The translations under genes were made by a program, and so were the position numbers. Below, piece after piece: positions 39,660 through 51,915 of a DNA stretch of 64,000 bases. The first letter of the stretch is position 1, and each line of letters begins with the position of its first letter. Source of the stretch: Xylographa opegraphella (Eukaryota); NCBI GenBank assembly GCA_022813865.1, contig JALDZX010000002.1:62001-126000 (forward strand), in the 5' to 3' direction. The notes beneath the pieces are model-generated. The model had not been told where the DNA came from. It ran no database searches and saw nothing but the letters and a program-made list of their open reading frames with translations.

Positions 39660-40619
39660 ATGTCTTCCATCGGGTCCCCCAGTTCCCAAGCGTATCATTC
39701 TCCGGACACGAGCCTCGTCGAGGATCAGCAGACATCTCTTTACACGCGCCCACGGACCGCATCCACTGGTGGCGGTAGAGCATGGTCAGAGGAAGAGGTG
39801 AGCTTGTGCACTAGCAGGTTTCCTGAGCTTGAGCTGATCAGAAATTAGGAATCTTACCTGATCGAGACTCGCCTACACAAGATGCCTTACAAACATATTG
39901 CAGCCCATCTGCAGAAAACGGAACTGGCTTGTCGCTTGCACTATCACCAACTCTCTTTCGGTACTAAACGGCGAAAGCGCAACTCGTCTACCTCGTCCGT
40001 AAGATCGGCTTGCTCGTCTACAGTTACACATGAATTAAATCTTCAACATCAACATCCACTTCCAGCTTTGTCTCCCCCAAACAGTCCAGAGAACATAATT
40101 GCTACCACTACACTTGTTCAATCACCCCACAACCCTGTACCTATTCTGCCGAAGCCTATCGCCAGATCCCAGCACGCCATCCATTCATCCAACTCGCTGC
40201 ATCTGATTACTCAAGATATCGAACGTTTCGAAGAGCGCTCACGAATAAATAAGGACCGCTTGGCGCGAATTTACGAAGCGCACCGGACCCACTTCTGGTC
40301 TACCATTGCTCGGGACTACGGCGACAACGTCTCACCAGCTTTGCTCGAGGACGTCTGGCGACGGGACTGTGGAAGACCATCGTCCAACTACCCCCCGACG
40401 CCACCGAACCGGAGTCCCCGCAGCTCGCAAGCTCCATCATCCATCCTAGGCTCTGCCTTCACTCCTCTCAAGCTTGGCAGCGCATTCAGTCCTATCAACG
40501 TCTCAAGGAGCACAGTCTCCACGCCCGGTGTCCCGTCGCGAAGCTCGTTCGCCATATCCTCGCTCCTGACAGAAGACAAGGAGGTACGAAGTCCAGGCGA
40601 GCGACGAATAGAAGCTTGA
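39660..40619 (+). CDS. Myb/SANT-like domain protein
   Basis: GRAWSEEE|ESYLIETRLHKMPYKHIAAHLQKTELACRLHYHQL; intron 39798-39848; later FWSTIARDYG motif. Confidence 0.88.
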
Positions 40620-40638
40620 CTCTGCACTCGATTGCTTT

Positions 40639-40680
40639 ACGTTTTGTCCACTACTGCACGTTTTGTCCACTACTGCACGT
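40639..40680. repeat. 19-bp direct tandem repeat (ACGTTTTGTCCACTACTGC)x2 in the 3' UTR
   Basis: Read directly from the sequence. Confidence 0.85.
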
Positions 40681-42231
40681 CGCATATGCGCATTGTTACG
40701 GAGTTCTAGAGCTGCTAGCAGCTGTTTTCTGCTGAATTGAACAAAGGAGGGGGTGTTCCATTGCAAATTTCTGGGTGATGGACAAGCGTTCTACGACAGC
40801 GGCATTGACTAGTTGAGCCGTGGTCGGTGTGGGCAAATAGGTTCTAGGATACATCATGACACGTATGAGCAATGGAAATGAATGAAAAGGTTACTCAAAT
40901 GTGCGTGCAAGTGCGTGACTCACCACTCGTATTCCCCCCTAACCGCTGGGATGAGCAGACCCAACAATGAGTTGTGGGCTGTGCTTTGATGGTTTTTAAA
41001 TGCACAGCAGTCCTCATGCAGATGCCACATCCACGCGTGTGCTGGCGGTTCGTGAAACGCCGCGATATGATGTCCCGTGTCGATTGGTAAAGGAGGTTAA
41101 TAAGACTGCGTTTAGTTATCTCATACCTAGTATGACATCACTTTTCTCCTGGACCCCCTAAACTTTTTGCTAGCGCGAAGGGTTTAGTGCATTTTTAAAC
41201 ACGACTAGGTACCTAAGGTACCTGACTTCGTAAAGCGACTCTTGGTCTCTGATATGGACTCTCGCGAGCACAACCCGGTGGGATGGCTTTTGTTATGGTA
41301 CCTTAGCCATTTCTGGAGCTGCATTGGTAAGGAAATCAGGTAGCTGTCCCGAAGGGAGTTGCATGATCGTGGATGTTGTGTCACCTGAATACCCGAAAGT
41401 GTCTCCACACCTGAATGAGCTTCAGACCCTGTTATGAAATGCAACGCGAACTCGTGATCTTCATTTATTTTTTTTCGTTTGCTGAGATTCAGCAACTACT
41501 GATACAGACGATTCAGACACGGTCTAGAATACGGACCGAGATGGATGTTGACTGTATATAAGCCAAAGCAGTAGCGATGGTTCTTGATTAAACAACGAGA
41601 GTGGCGATGTCTAAGCAAGGTTTCTTTGTTATTATGTATCACGATTTGCAATATTGCCTATATTCGTAGTCTGGATGTTAAGATTCTACTATCCGTTCAC
41701 ATTTACTTCTTGTGGCACTCGATTCACCTGGTCGCGCCCGAAGCCCGTTAAGTCCCTCGAGTGGCTCTGTTGGAGCCAATCCCGTCCGTCCCCGACTAGC
41801 TATCGTATCTCCACCAACTGCCAGGAGGTTGAATAAGACGTACAAATCGCTCTCAGAGAAATCAGATTTGTAATCGACGATAAGAGTTCTTTGGTCCGTA
41901 AGCAGCTATCAGTATTAGATCGGAGCGAGGAAGCAATATTAGTACACTCGTAGTCCAGTCATTGTCCATGTGATGCAGGGCCTACAGGGCCATAAGATAC
42001 AGGCAATATCCAAAAACATAGGAAACGCCGTTTGGTATCAGCTTCCACAAGTCACGTTAAACAGTAGTTATCACTCGGACTTTTGGTCAGAAAAATCGAC
42101 CTGTTCGATCTCCAGCCTTGATTCGTGTCGGTAATCACGTGACACCCACAGCTATGGACTTCTCAAGACTTCCGGCGCAAAGTGCGAACGACGGGTCCGT
42201 CACGTTGAACTCGATGAGTCTCGAGGATAAG

Positions 42232-42855
42232 CTAAGTAATGGCAATGCACATATCGTAGTCGCTGGCATGTACAGAACTATAGATCAATGGGATTACTCG
42301 CAGCAGGTCTTCGCTGCATTTTTTCAAGTCAGCGCAACCTTTTGCTGGTCTTTATCAGTGGTAGGAGTCGCGGAACTTCACGAAAGCAGTTTCGTTGAGG
42401 CTCCAGATGCATAGCTGGTCTGCGAAGATATACACCATGGCATCGCATCTAAAGCCTCGAGCTTTGCTGTACTGGTTCTGTCGAGCCCCAGTCAGGTTCG
42501 GGCGTCGTTCTCGACTGTGGAGTGTGGATCGAGGCTGTGAACCCATGAATGAGAGGATATCCTCACAGTCGTTTTTGTAGAAGCACTGGTCCATTCGGTG
42601 GATCGATTGCCTATCTTCTTCATCCAGGTTCACATTAGAGTTTTTAGCCCCTTGGTGACCAGGTATCTTAGAGGTATAGTAGGCCTTCAACATAAGCTCG
42701 CTGCCGCATCCCCTGACTAACTTTAGCCCAGAATAAGGTATATGGCCATATGGAAAAAGTCGGACCGAGAACAAATACAAGCACACTGTATGTATGCTTA
42801 AGATGTAGAACCCTCCATCACGGACTCCACATGCCGATCCTCCATGACCTTCCAA
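42232..42855 (-). pseudogene. Degenerate BTB/POZ-domain protein gene
   Basis: YSGLKLVRG, VNLDEEDRQSIHRMDQCFY and MVYIFADQLCIWSLNETAFVKF resemble fungal BTB motifs. After in-frame TGA-TAA the frame continues DLLRVIPLIYSSVHASD, which resembles the BTB C-terminal helix motif. Confidence 0.6.
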
Positions 42856-42878
42856 GGGACCATAATATCAGAAGTCAA

Positions 42879-42986
42879 TACATTCATAGTATATCTTGAA
42901 GTCACGCGTGCCTACATTCACAGTATATCTTGAAATCACGCGTGCCTATATTCACAGTATATCTTGAGATCACGCGTGCCTACATT
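42879..42986. repeat. 34-bp minisatellite x3, each unit containing CACGCGTG (MCB core ACGCGT)
   Basis: Units at 42879-42912, 42913-42946 and 42947-42980, differing by a few substitutions. Confidence 0.95.
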
Positions 42987-43532
42987 GGCTGCAGTGATAC
43001 AAGCTCGGTGAAAAATTCAAAGTACAATAACACCTATATAATGTCAGTGCTTCTGTCCATGAAGATTGGAGGTTGGTTGCATATTGATCAAAAGTTTTTC
43101 CAGTGGCGTCCAGCGCATTATGGAAATAAGTCCCAGTGTCCGTCACACAGAGTTGAGCAACGGTTTGTTGCCAAAAAAAGACACGAAGATGCTAGACCCT
43201 TTCAGGAATTAGTTTACTCCGCATGTGTGGCGGCCCCCTGCGACCTACAATTCAGTCGTGCCTGACATCAAATATTTTGTTTCTATTATTTTTCTTCTCT
43301 CTTTCTTTTTGCAACGATTACATAGTAAAGCATCCTTACACTCGCTCAAGGTTCAGCATTTCAATAATCCACGCTTTCTGTTTTGTTCTTGTCGTGTATG
43401 CTTGTCAGTGGCTCGAGCGAAGGTATTCTTCCACCTTGCACACACGGAAGGTCTCCTACCAGTGGAGCGGAATAGGCCATCCCCACCCATAATTGGTTTT
43501 ATGAGTGGCACATAGCGACGTATCTTGGAAAG

Positions 43533-44996
43533 ATGGTGCAGCTCCTGTGGCTAGTCACCACTGGGACTCTCTTCTGTACTATGGTTCTTGCTCAGACAAA
43601 CATACCGACATGCGGGCAAGGCAACAACTGCCCAGAAGACCTACCATGCTGTTCACGTAAGTTGTGTGAATCGCACTGTCGAAAACTTGGAGCTAATTTA
43701 TTCCCGGAACATAGAATACGGGCAATGTGGTGTCGGAGCCTATTGTCTAGGCGGCTGCGATCCTATGTTCTCACACACTCTTGACTCTTGCGTTCCAGCA
43801 CCTATCTGCAGATCGGAGGACTATAAGCTGACTTCTCTTGATGGGATAACGCCGAACACTGAGTATTTGGGAGATGCGTCCAAGTCTAATTGGGTCTCAA
43901 GCGGAGAACCAGTTTTGTACAACGATCAAGTGCTTTTAACTATGGCGGAAGGCACAGTCGGTACTTTGCTGGCGAGCACATCGTACGTGTGGTATGGAAA
44001 TGTCAAGGCGACTTTAAAGACAAGCAGGACGGCCGGAGTAGTAACGGCTTTCATTTTGCTCTCCGACGTCAAGGATGAAATCGATTTCGAATTTATAGGA
44101 ACGGACTTGAATACTGCTCAGTCAAATTTCTATTTCCAGGGTGTTACTAATTGTAGGTACATCTGCATCTCGTCTCTTAGGCCTAAGGCTGACAACATCC
44201 AGACACTAACGAGGTGAACATCTCCGTCACTGATACTTTCGGAACCTATCACACTTATGAAGTTGATTGGACCCCTGATACGCTTACATGGTTGATTGAT
44301 GGTACACCGCACCGTACTTTATCTAGGAATACTACATGGAATGCTACCTCGAACCAATATCAATATCCTCAAACGCCAGCCCGCATCCAGCTTTCACTTT
44401 GGCCAGCTGGACTCAGCTCTAATGGACTAGGGACCGTACAGTGGTCCGGTGGTCTCGTAAACTGGCAATCCCCAGACGTTCAGCATGCTGGCTATTTCTA
44501 TGCTATGGTTAATGAGGTCAATGTGCAGTGCTATGGTCCGCCTTCAGGAGCGAAGGTTTCTGGTTCCACATCATATATTTACGACAACGCGAGGGGGACC
44601 AACGACACTGTCGAAACGACGAACCATGGCACAGTTCTCAAATCGCAGCTTGGTACTGGTACGAATATGTCCGCAGCGTATCCAAGCCAAATAGCTACTG
44701 GAACTGCTTCCGGATCGAACCCAGCTTCCACTAGCGAGATACCAACTATACCAGGTCTGAATGGAGCTGGGACTGGCCTCAACGGACAAAGAGGAGACCC
44801 TGGTTCTGCGGCCTCGAGCATAGGCGGCTCTACTCCCAGCGGAACCGCCTCAGTTGCGGTGTCAGCCTCGACAGGGTTCCATGGATTCGCGCAAAACCCT
44901 GGCTCAAGTATGGCTTCATTACCGCAAGGCCAGAACGTGCTGCTAGGATCTCTGTTTGCCGTTATAGTCTCCGTCATTGGTATGTTAGCGATTTAA
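43533..44996 (+). CDS. utr2: GH16 chitin transglycosylase Utr2/Crh2 with CBM18-like domain and probable GPI anchor
   Basis: Signal peptide; Cys-rich CPEDLPCCSQYGQCGVGAYCLGGC; catalytic DEIDFE; YPQTPARIQLSLW; S/T-rich tail and hydrophobic C-terminus. Introns 43657-43714 and 44153-44202. Confidence 0.95.
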
Positions 44997-46084
44997 ACAG
45001 CATTGGGAACTGGCATATGCATCGGGTTGGTGTACTTAATGGGTCTAAGAATTACAACATTATTTAGCGGTCTTAGCATCGGAAACGGACATTTGCATAG
45101 CGTTGAGATTGTTGGCTCGATGAGTGAAATTAATGTTTAGTGTTTTTTGTACTGTACTATCAATAAATAGTCGCTCGTTCACCCCCCACGGATCGGCCAT
45201 CAGCTGTTTGATAGCCTTGGGGCCCGGATTTACTCGATTATCTCACCATGTGACGGAAAGCTGCATTATCTTGCTGCCTTCGGCCTACTTGCTTTGCTGA
45301 CGGCTCCTGTCATGACCTTGGTATATATGACCTTGGTATACGCGAGGTTTCTACGTTGCCTTCTCAGGACCTGACTCGATAATCTCGCAAACTCCCGCAT
45401 CGTTGATGTATCTCGGAATTGAGTAAGCAACGAGAATAAGGAATCTTCATTATAGGCTGGTTTGTTGTCCAATCGGGCGATATTGCCAGATGAGGTTTGC
45501 GCAAAAGAACACGGCGAATGGGCCAACAATCGCACTTATTCAGCCGACCGGATCTCCTTCATGATGACAACAATCCACAATGACTACATCGACATGGCTG
45601 CCTTGTGGTTGGCGTGTTCACAAACATTCCGTCCTGGCTTTGGGATTCAATGTTGAGAGTTTGCTTGCTGATTCACTGAAGTCATGGGCCCGAACATTCT
45701 TCAATTCAACGATAACAAATCCCAGATCATGCCAATGGGGACACTACCGGAGGCTTCCGACGGTCTGATGGTCTTCAACCAAAAATATATGCACGATGCG
45801 CTTGTCACTCCTCTCCAACTGCTGGCGTGAAGTTTTCACAGCGGAGTTCGGCTTGTCGGTAACCTGAGATATAAGCAACGATACACCCAGATGGCTTCAA
45901 TTGGCTGGCTTGTCTTTTCCCTTTGTACCATACCGCTTTCTTTGGCTACAGATCTGTTTCCAGTGTATACAGAAACGCAGACTTCACCAAAAAATGCCCG
46001 CATCCCAAAATCCCGTTGTTTTAGCTCATATCTAATCGTTAAGCTCTCCCTGACGCTTTCATACGGCAGCAGTTCTCCCTCATT

Positions 46085-46375
46085 ATGTGCTACTATATCA
46101 TCGACACCTTCTCATGCGGTCACAATAGCGGTATCCAGTACGTCCACGGATGCAACAACAGTTGGGAACAACTCATGCGTATATATGACCCACGAGAACA
46201 AGGAATATGCTTCGACTGGTCAGATGAGTGCGCCCCGAAACTCAAAAAGAACGTGCAAGAACATCGTCATTGGAGACACTGTGAGAGATGTCGTCGAGCT
46301 GTTGAAGCGATGGATGGGTGGAAACCTCTTAGGGCCGGGGGGGAGTACTGTCCTAGAGGCAGAAGTGCAGCCTAA
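46085..46375 (+). CDS. Small Cys/His-rich protein (MC...CxH...C...C...CxxC), paralog 1
   Basis: 96-aa intronless ORF MCYYIIDTFSCGH...CERC; shares its pattern with the ORFs at 47513 and 49059. Confidence 0.7.
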   Translation: MCYYIIDTFSCGHNSGIQYVHGCNNSWEQLMRIYDPREQGICFDWSDECAPKLKKNVQEHRHWRHCERCRRAVEAMDGWKPLRAGGEYCPRGRSAA

Positions 46376-47512
46376 TTAGGAATTCTATTTCACTTACGGA
46401 TCTTCCTAAGAGCAGAATTCATTGGACCTGGAGCCGTTGCTGCTTTTATCTTGCGTGCCAGACTAAATCATACTGGGTTGTGGAAGGCACGAAACACTGT
46501 GATTTAATTGTAACTCACAGGGAACAACCAAGTACGCCCAGCATGAAATTGGGGTTAGGTGAATGCAAAACCACGATTCATACCCGCAACACTGTCATGG
46601 CTATCCAGCTGAGCGCCTCATGCGCCTTTGATCTTTACCCTGGGGCGATCGGCCCTTATGTTAATAGTGTGAGTGAGAACAAACATCTTCGTCCCAACCA
46701 ACAAGCGATCGGCATCACTGCCCAGTGGGTGACTGTATCCGAGCACTACTCTGATTTCATGTTTATTATGAGCAATCACCTCGTCATCCGCCATCTCTGC
46801 AGTCTATGAACTTTACCACTTCGTGAGTTTGTCAGTGTGGATGATGCTCTGCATCACAGCTTTCCCTGAGCACACTGGGTATCGCAATTGGATTCTGTCT
46901 TTCGCCCACATGGCTAGCAAACTCAAAGGTACCGTTCTCTAAAACTCCTGGTATTTTCACAGCAAGACATCAGTGGTCGCTACGAGAGGCTCTTGCTGCG
47001 TCAAAGGACTCACAACTTAGTACTACCTAATCATCATGGACCAAGTGCTCGGGTCTTGAACGCTTTAGGCTCTCACGTGTGCTGAGTACAATACTGAGCA
47101 AGCGCGGCTGAAGAGATGGACTTTTCAGTAATCGTAACCGACCCTACATGAGGTGACTCAGTACATCTGTGTTGTTGTGCAGTATGCCCGAAGCATGATA
47201 TTCTCATATAGTCGGATTTCTCTGCATCCTTCCCGCTACATACAGCTCTACACCTCTTCGCTCCAAGATTTCCCTATTACTTCCAATCTCTGCTGGAATA
47301 CTGGCTAATCTCTGCTATTTCTTCTGTTCCAACTTAACATCAAGCGATATAGGCATCGTGACTGTCTTGCTCTCGGGTCAGGTCGTCAACTAAGATCATT
47401 TGCTGCTTTAGCCAGGGACCGATTGTCCAGTGCTACTGTCGAACCTTCAAGTCTCTGACGACCAAAATTCACGTTTCTGATACCTTTAGCTTCAGCCCGG
47501 CATATCCTCAAG

Positions 47513-47827
47513 ATGTGTTATTATCGCGAGTCCCGATTCGAGTGCGCTTGGTACCACCCTAGACATCGAGAGCTACATCTCCTGGCCTTCTGTTCCGATA
47601 TTAACCTACAGTTATCACGAATTCAACCAGTGACACCTGGAATTCCATTTGACGACTGCGTCCGTTTCGATGTCGCCGATGTTGCGTATAGAAGAGGGAT
47701 TTGCATGAAATGTAACAGCGAGCTACGACAGCATCAAGAGATGCAGAGGCGGGAAACGGAATGGCGAAATGAACTGGCGCAGAATGGTTGGCGCCCAATA
47801 AGAGATGGCGGTGGTTCGTGGAGTTGA
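47513..47827 (+). CDS. Small Cys/His-rich protein, paralog 2
   Basis: 104-aa ORF MCYYRESRFECAWYH...QLSRIQP..GIPFDDC...CMKC...GWRPIRDGG. Confidence 0.7.
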   Translation: MCYYRESRFECAWYHPRHRELHLLAFCSDINLQLSRIQPVTPGIPFDDCVRFDVADVAYRRGICMKCNSELRQHQEMQRRETEWRNELAQNGWRPIRDGGGSWS

Positions 47828-49058
47828 ATATTGGTACCGAAGAACGGAATAGCTTCTTGATTGATATGATTGCAATCTGGAAAAACCGAACATTTCCCCG
47901 GTTATCATATCTCACGGCTTAAACTGAACGCCTTGCCGTTGCGTTGATTCTTGGCTAGATATGTATGACAAATTATAAAGTTTCGATTTTCGTGTTCTAT
48001 CACTGCGCAAGATTCACTTCTGGGTATATGGAATTCATGACCACCACAGCCAATGGCACCCTGCTGACCCAAATCTACTCGCATCGCCGTGAATCGTCTT
48101 TTAGCGTGCTGAAGAACGATCCGAGCCGGTGGTCGTCTATCTTCGCTGTCAAATCACTCACGACGATCATGGCAAACAACCACCTGGCCACCCAATCGTC
48201 CACCAAACATGGTCACTCAGGCACGCCGACACAGCTATGCCACCTTTGCTGTCAGCCAGGCATTTGAATCTCGCTCGACAAAGCCGAGATATCCATTTCC
48301 ACAGAAACGGGTCCACCGCATTCATCCCCATGCCCCAAAACAATCCGGAGGCGTCGCCGGCATTCACTTTCCCAGGTCCTCAGATGTGACCCTCCCGCCT
48401 GCGCACTTTGACACACGCCGAGGCATGTTCGAGCACACAACCAGTCGGACGCCGAGTTTGCTCCCCCCCTCCCATCATGACTGGCTCCGACTTTACGATC
48501 CATACCTTGGCGTCACCACTTTGACTCTTTTGCTTTGCTTTCTGGTCGGGGCTGGTTCCCTTTCTATTTGTTTCTGATCTTCATTACATGCTTTAGACTT
48601 CTGCGTCTCTTACCTGTTATCAGCATTACATTTCTGAGGAGCTTTATCCTATTCTGGCGTGCTACATATCCCCACAGTCGAGGGTGTATACCGCACCACG
48701 CGATCGCACCACACGATCAAACTCCAAACGACATTTCAATATACCTAGACAGCTTCGAGGTAGATAATCTAGCGGACGGTCTTGAGTACCTGCTGACCGA
48801 CATGTAGCAACCTCCTCAGCTACGGCCACCAGACCTCACAAGTGCACAGAGCCACCGCAGCGGACTCGACAGAGGAGCACAACACCACCATCCTAGCCAC
48901 AAAGACATCCTCCCCACCAATAAACCCATCCCAGCTCGCCCAAGCCCTTCCAAGTCACCATACCCACCCGCCACCACCTCAAAACCCCCTCTCGAACCCC
49001 AGCCAATCCAGCATCACCACCGCTCGAACCAACCCCAACACCCCCCCATCCACACAGC

Positions 49059-49625
49059 ATGTGCCTCCACACCACCCACACCTACTTCACCCTATGCGCG
49101 CACCTCCTCCCCATCCCACAACTAGCACCCTTCTTCATCCCGCCGGAGCGCTGCCACCGCCTGACGGCCGCGCTGCGCCACTACCACACGCAGCCCGACC
49201 GCCTGCCGGAGCAGTTCCCCATCCCGTTCCCGCACCCGTGCGCGCCCGCGCCGGACAACTGCCGCATGTTGGTCGTGCAGGGCCTGTGCGGCGGGTGCGC
49301 GGAGGAGCGGTGGTGGCGCGAGAGGGAGTGGTTCGCGGGGCTGGTGGGCCGGATGCGGGTGCAGTGGGAAGGGGAGCCCGGGAGGGGAGGGCGCGGGTGT
49401 GCTGCGGGGGACGAGGACCCGGCCGTGGCCGAGGAGTGGCCGTACGGTGACAGGGTTAGGGTGTCGCCGCTGCCGTCGCCGAAGGTGGGGCCCGGCGCCG
49501 TGGGGCCCGGCGCCGCGGCGCCCGAGGCGGAGCCGGTGGGTGCGTGGTGGGTGGACGGCGGCCGAGTCGTGGGTGTGCGATGGGATGGGGCGCGGACGCG
49601 GAGTGAGAGCTTCCGCTGGGGATAG
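49059..49625 (+). CDS. Cys/His-rich protein, divergent paralog 3
   Basis: 188-aa ORF MCLHTTHTYFTLCAH...C...PFPHPCAP...CGGC; very GC-rich codons. Confidence 0.6.
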   Translation: MCLHTTHTYFTLCAHLLPIPQLAPFFIPPERCHRLTAALRHYHTQPDRLPEQFPIPFPHPCAPAPDNCRMLVVQGLCGGCAEERWWREREWFAGLVGRMRVQWEGEPGRGGRGCAAGDEDPAVAEEWPYGDRVRVSPLPSPKVGPGAVGPGAAAPEAEPVGAWWVDGGRVVGVRWDGARTRSESFRWG

Positions 49626-50018
49626 ATATCTGGAGACCGGGGGCGCTTGGCGGAGGTGGTGGATATGTGTCGTTTAGCATCGGCGTCCGCGGGTGCATCC
49701 CGGGAGTATGGAGTGCACTGTAAGTTGGTTATGCCTGTGCATGCATAGCGTCGGGTTGGGACTCGTTGGACAGACGAGGTTCCGTCTTAGAAAGGGTCTG
49801 ATTTTTGGGTTTTCTTGGGGCGAGTTTTCGGGGGCGTTATTAGCATGGTACTGGCAGCGATTGGCATTGGGATATAGATTTTTCCAGGCGCTCTAACATA
49901 GATTGGTTGGCTTAGGGTATCAATGTATGAATATCGACAGGCAAGTGAGAAAACGACGATCAAGAATGTAGGGTAAAACTCCATCGCTATGCAGCACGCT
50001 GACTCTCTCTCCTTCCTG

Positions 50019-51915
50019 TCAATGATTGCAGTCCAGACTCCGCTTGAAGTCCCCGTGGTAGTGATCCATCTTATCAACTACCTTGGACTCTGGTACTGGT
50101 TTACCCATCCAGCTTTCTCGTGATCCATCAGCGGCGAAGGTATCGAAGAAAGAACCTTTCTCAAGTAGCTCTTTGGTGATGGGCTCTAAATCAAGATCAA
50201 GGTAGTCTCGCAGAAAATCGCCAACTTCGGTATTCTCATGGTTACCGATAAGCTTTCTGGCATCCCTAGGATGGGAGGCATAGATATTCACATCGGCGGC
50301 TGGTGAGATATTAGCAGTGCATAAATAAGTTGGACATGAAGCAACGACGCACCTGAGTGTCCATGAGTGGCCCAGCCGGATTGAGCGCGCCGGCTCACAA
50401 TATCCGCAAAGATATAAGAAGCCGGCCACGGATCTGAGTGGTCGATCAAAGATTTCATCTCTGCGTCTGTCACATCGTGCACACCCAACCCTTTCTGAAT
50501 GAGCTCTTGTTTGATGTATTCCCTAAGCTCGGATTCTGTGGTATCTTGGTGTTGTGCAAGATAGTCCCGTAATTGATAAGCCAAGTTCTCTGCAGAATGA
50601 GTGACGTTGGCTAGTGTTTCTGGATACCACAAATATTCGGGGTAAGTTCTGTGTAGCTCTATTCAAGGTCAGCGAAAAAAAAGCATAACCGACTGCCTCG
50701 TTACTCACGTCTAGCTGTGGCTAGTCCTCCTGTCTCATGGTCGCTGGTGCTTATAACCACTCCTGGAACATCATCATTTTCCAAGAACTCTAAAGCACTC
50801 GCGAAAGCCTTGTCATAGGCAAGGACTTCGTGTACTTGGGCTGCTGGATCATTACCATGTCCCGCATGATCGATCCTGCTGCCCTCGATCATCACAAAGA
50901 ATCCTTGATCACTATCCTTCGTTGCTTCAGATAACGCTTTCAATGCTGTTTTGGCCATCTCATCCAATGAAGGATACACATCTTCAACTTGACGTCTATC
51001 TATCTCATACGGGATGTCGGTTTGTGCGAATAGACCGAGCAGCGGAAGTTTAACAGCACTTCCTACTTGAAGTCCGTCAAAACCTGCTCGATCATGGACA
51101 TAGCTGAAACCATTATCCTTAGCCATTTCGATAACGTCGACCGTATCCGCCCGGCAGGAGCCCGGTGTCCCTTGCGGTAGGAAATGACATCGACCACCAC
51201 CAAGAAGTAGATCAACCACATGCCCCAAAGGATGATCCCCAATCAACTGTCTAGCAATCTTGTCTTCCTCGTCCCTTAAGTTGACGTGTGCAGCAAAGCA
51301 GGCTGGTGTAGCGTCAGTAATCCTCGTTGTCACCACGAGGCCAGTCGTGTATCCTGCCCTTTTTGCAGCCTCCATCACTGTACCGCACGGGGTATGGTCA
51401 GGAAGCACAGAGATGGCCCCGTTGTAACTCTTGTGACCGCATGAGAAGGCCGTAGCACCAGCAGCAGAGTCCGTAATAAGACTGGACGTGCTTCTTGTCC
51501 TTGAAGAGCCTATCAGATGCTGATCCAGCACAAGTATATCGTCTGGCGGTAGCCCGCTCTCAAACTGCCGAAAACTTCTTGTGAGTGAGAGGCTCGTAGG
51601 ACCCATACCATCCGACACCATGAATATAAGATTTCTCTTTCCGCTTGGCTTGGCCCCCTTCCAGCTTCCAGAACCTGGTGGGCGCGCGGTCTGCTGATGT
51701 TGATACATTACAGCAACGATGATGACACCCGCGGTTGCAGCGACAGCCCACACGAAGATGCCGATTTCGCGCCAAAAGGGCCAGCCATATTTCTGAGTAG
51801 ATTGTGGCTTATGCTTTCCAGTGAGGAGAGCATCTTCTTCCTCAATAGTGCGCTCGTCTGAATTCTCCGATGACGGTCGATCCGCAGCCAGTAAAGGTTC
51901 ATCGTTCCGCGCCAT
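50019..51915 (-). CDS. pho8: Vacuolar-type alkaline phosphatase
   Basis: N-terminal TM anchor; MVSDGMGP, TDSAAGATAF, EGSRIDHAGH, SDHETGG and THGHS motifs. Introns 50659-50708 and 50300-50352. Confidence 0.96.

Noticed and set aside
42879..42986. 34-bp repeats as a CRISPR-like array
   Set aside because: Units are head-to-tail with no spacers, the context is eukaryotic, and there are no cas genes.
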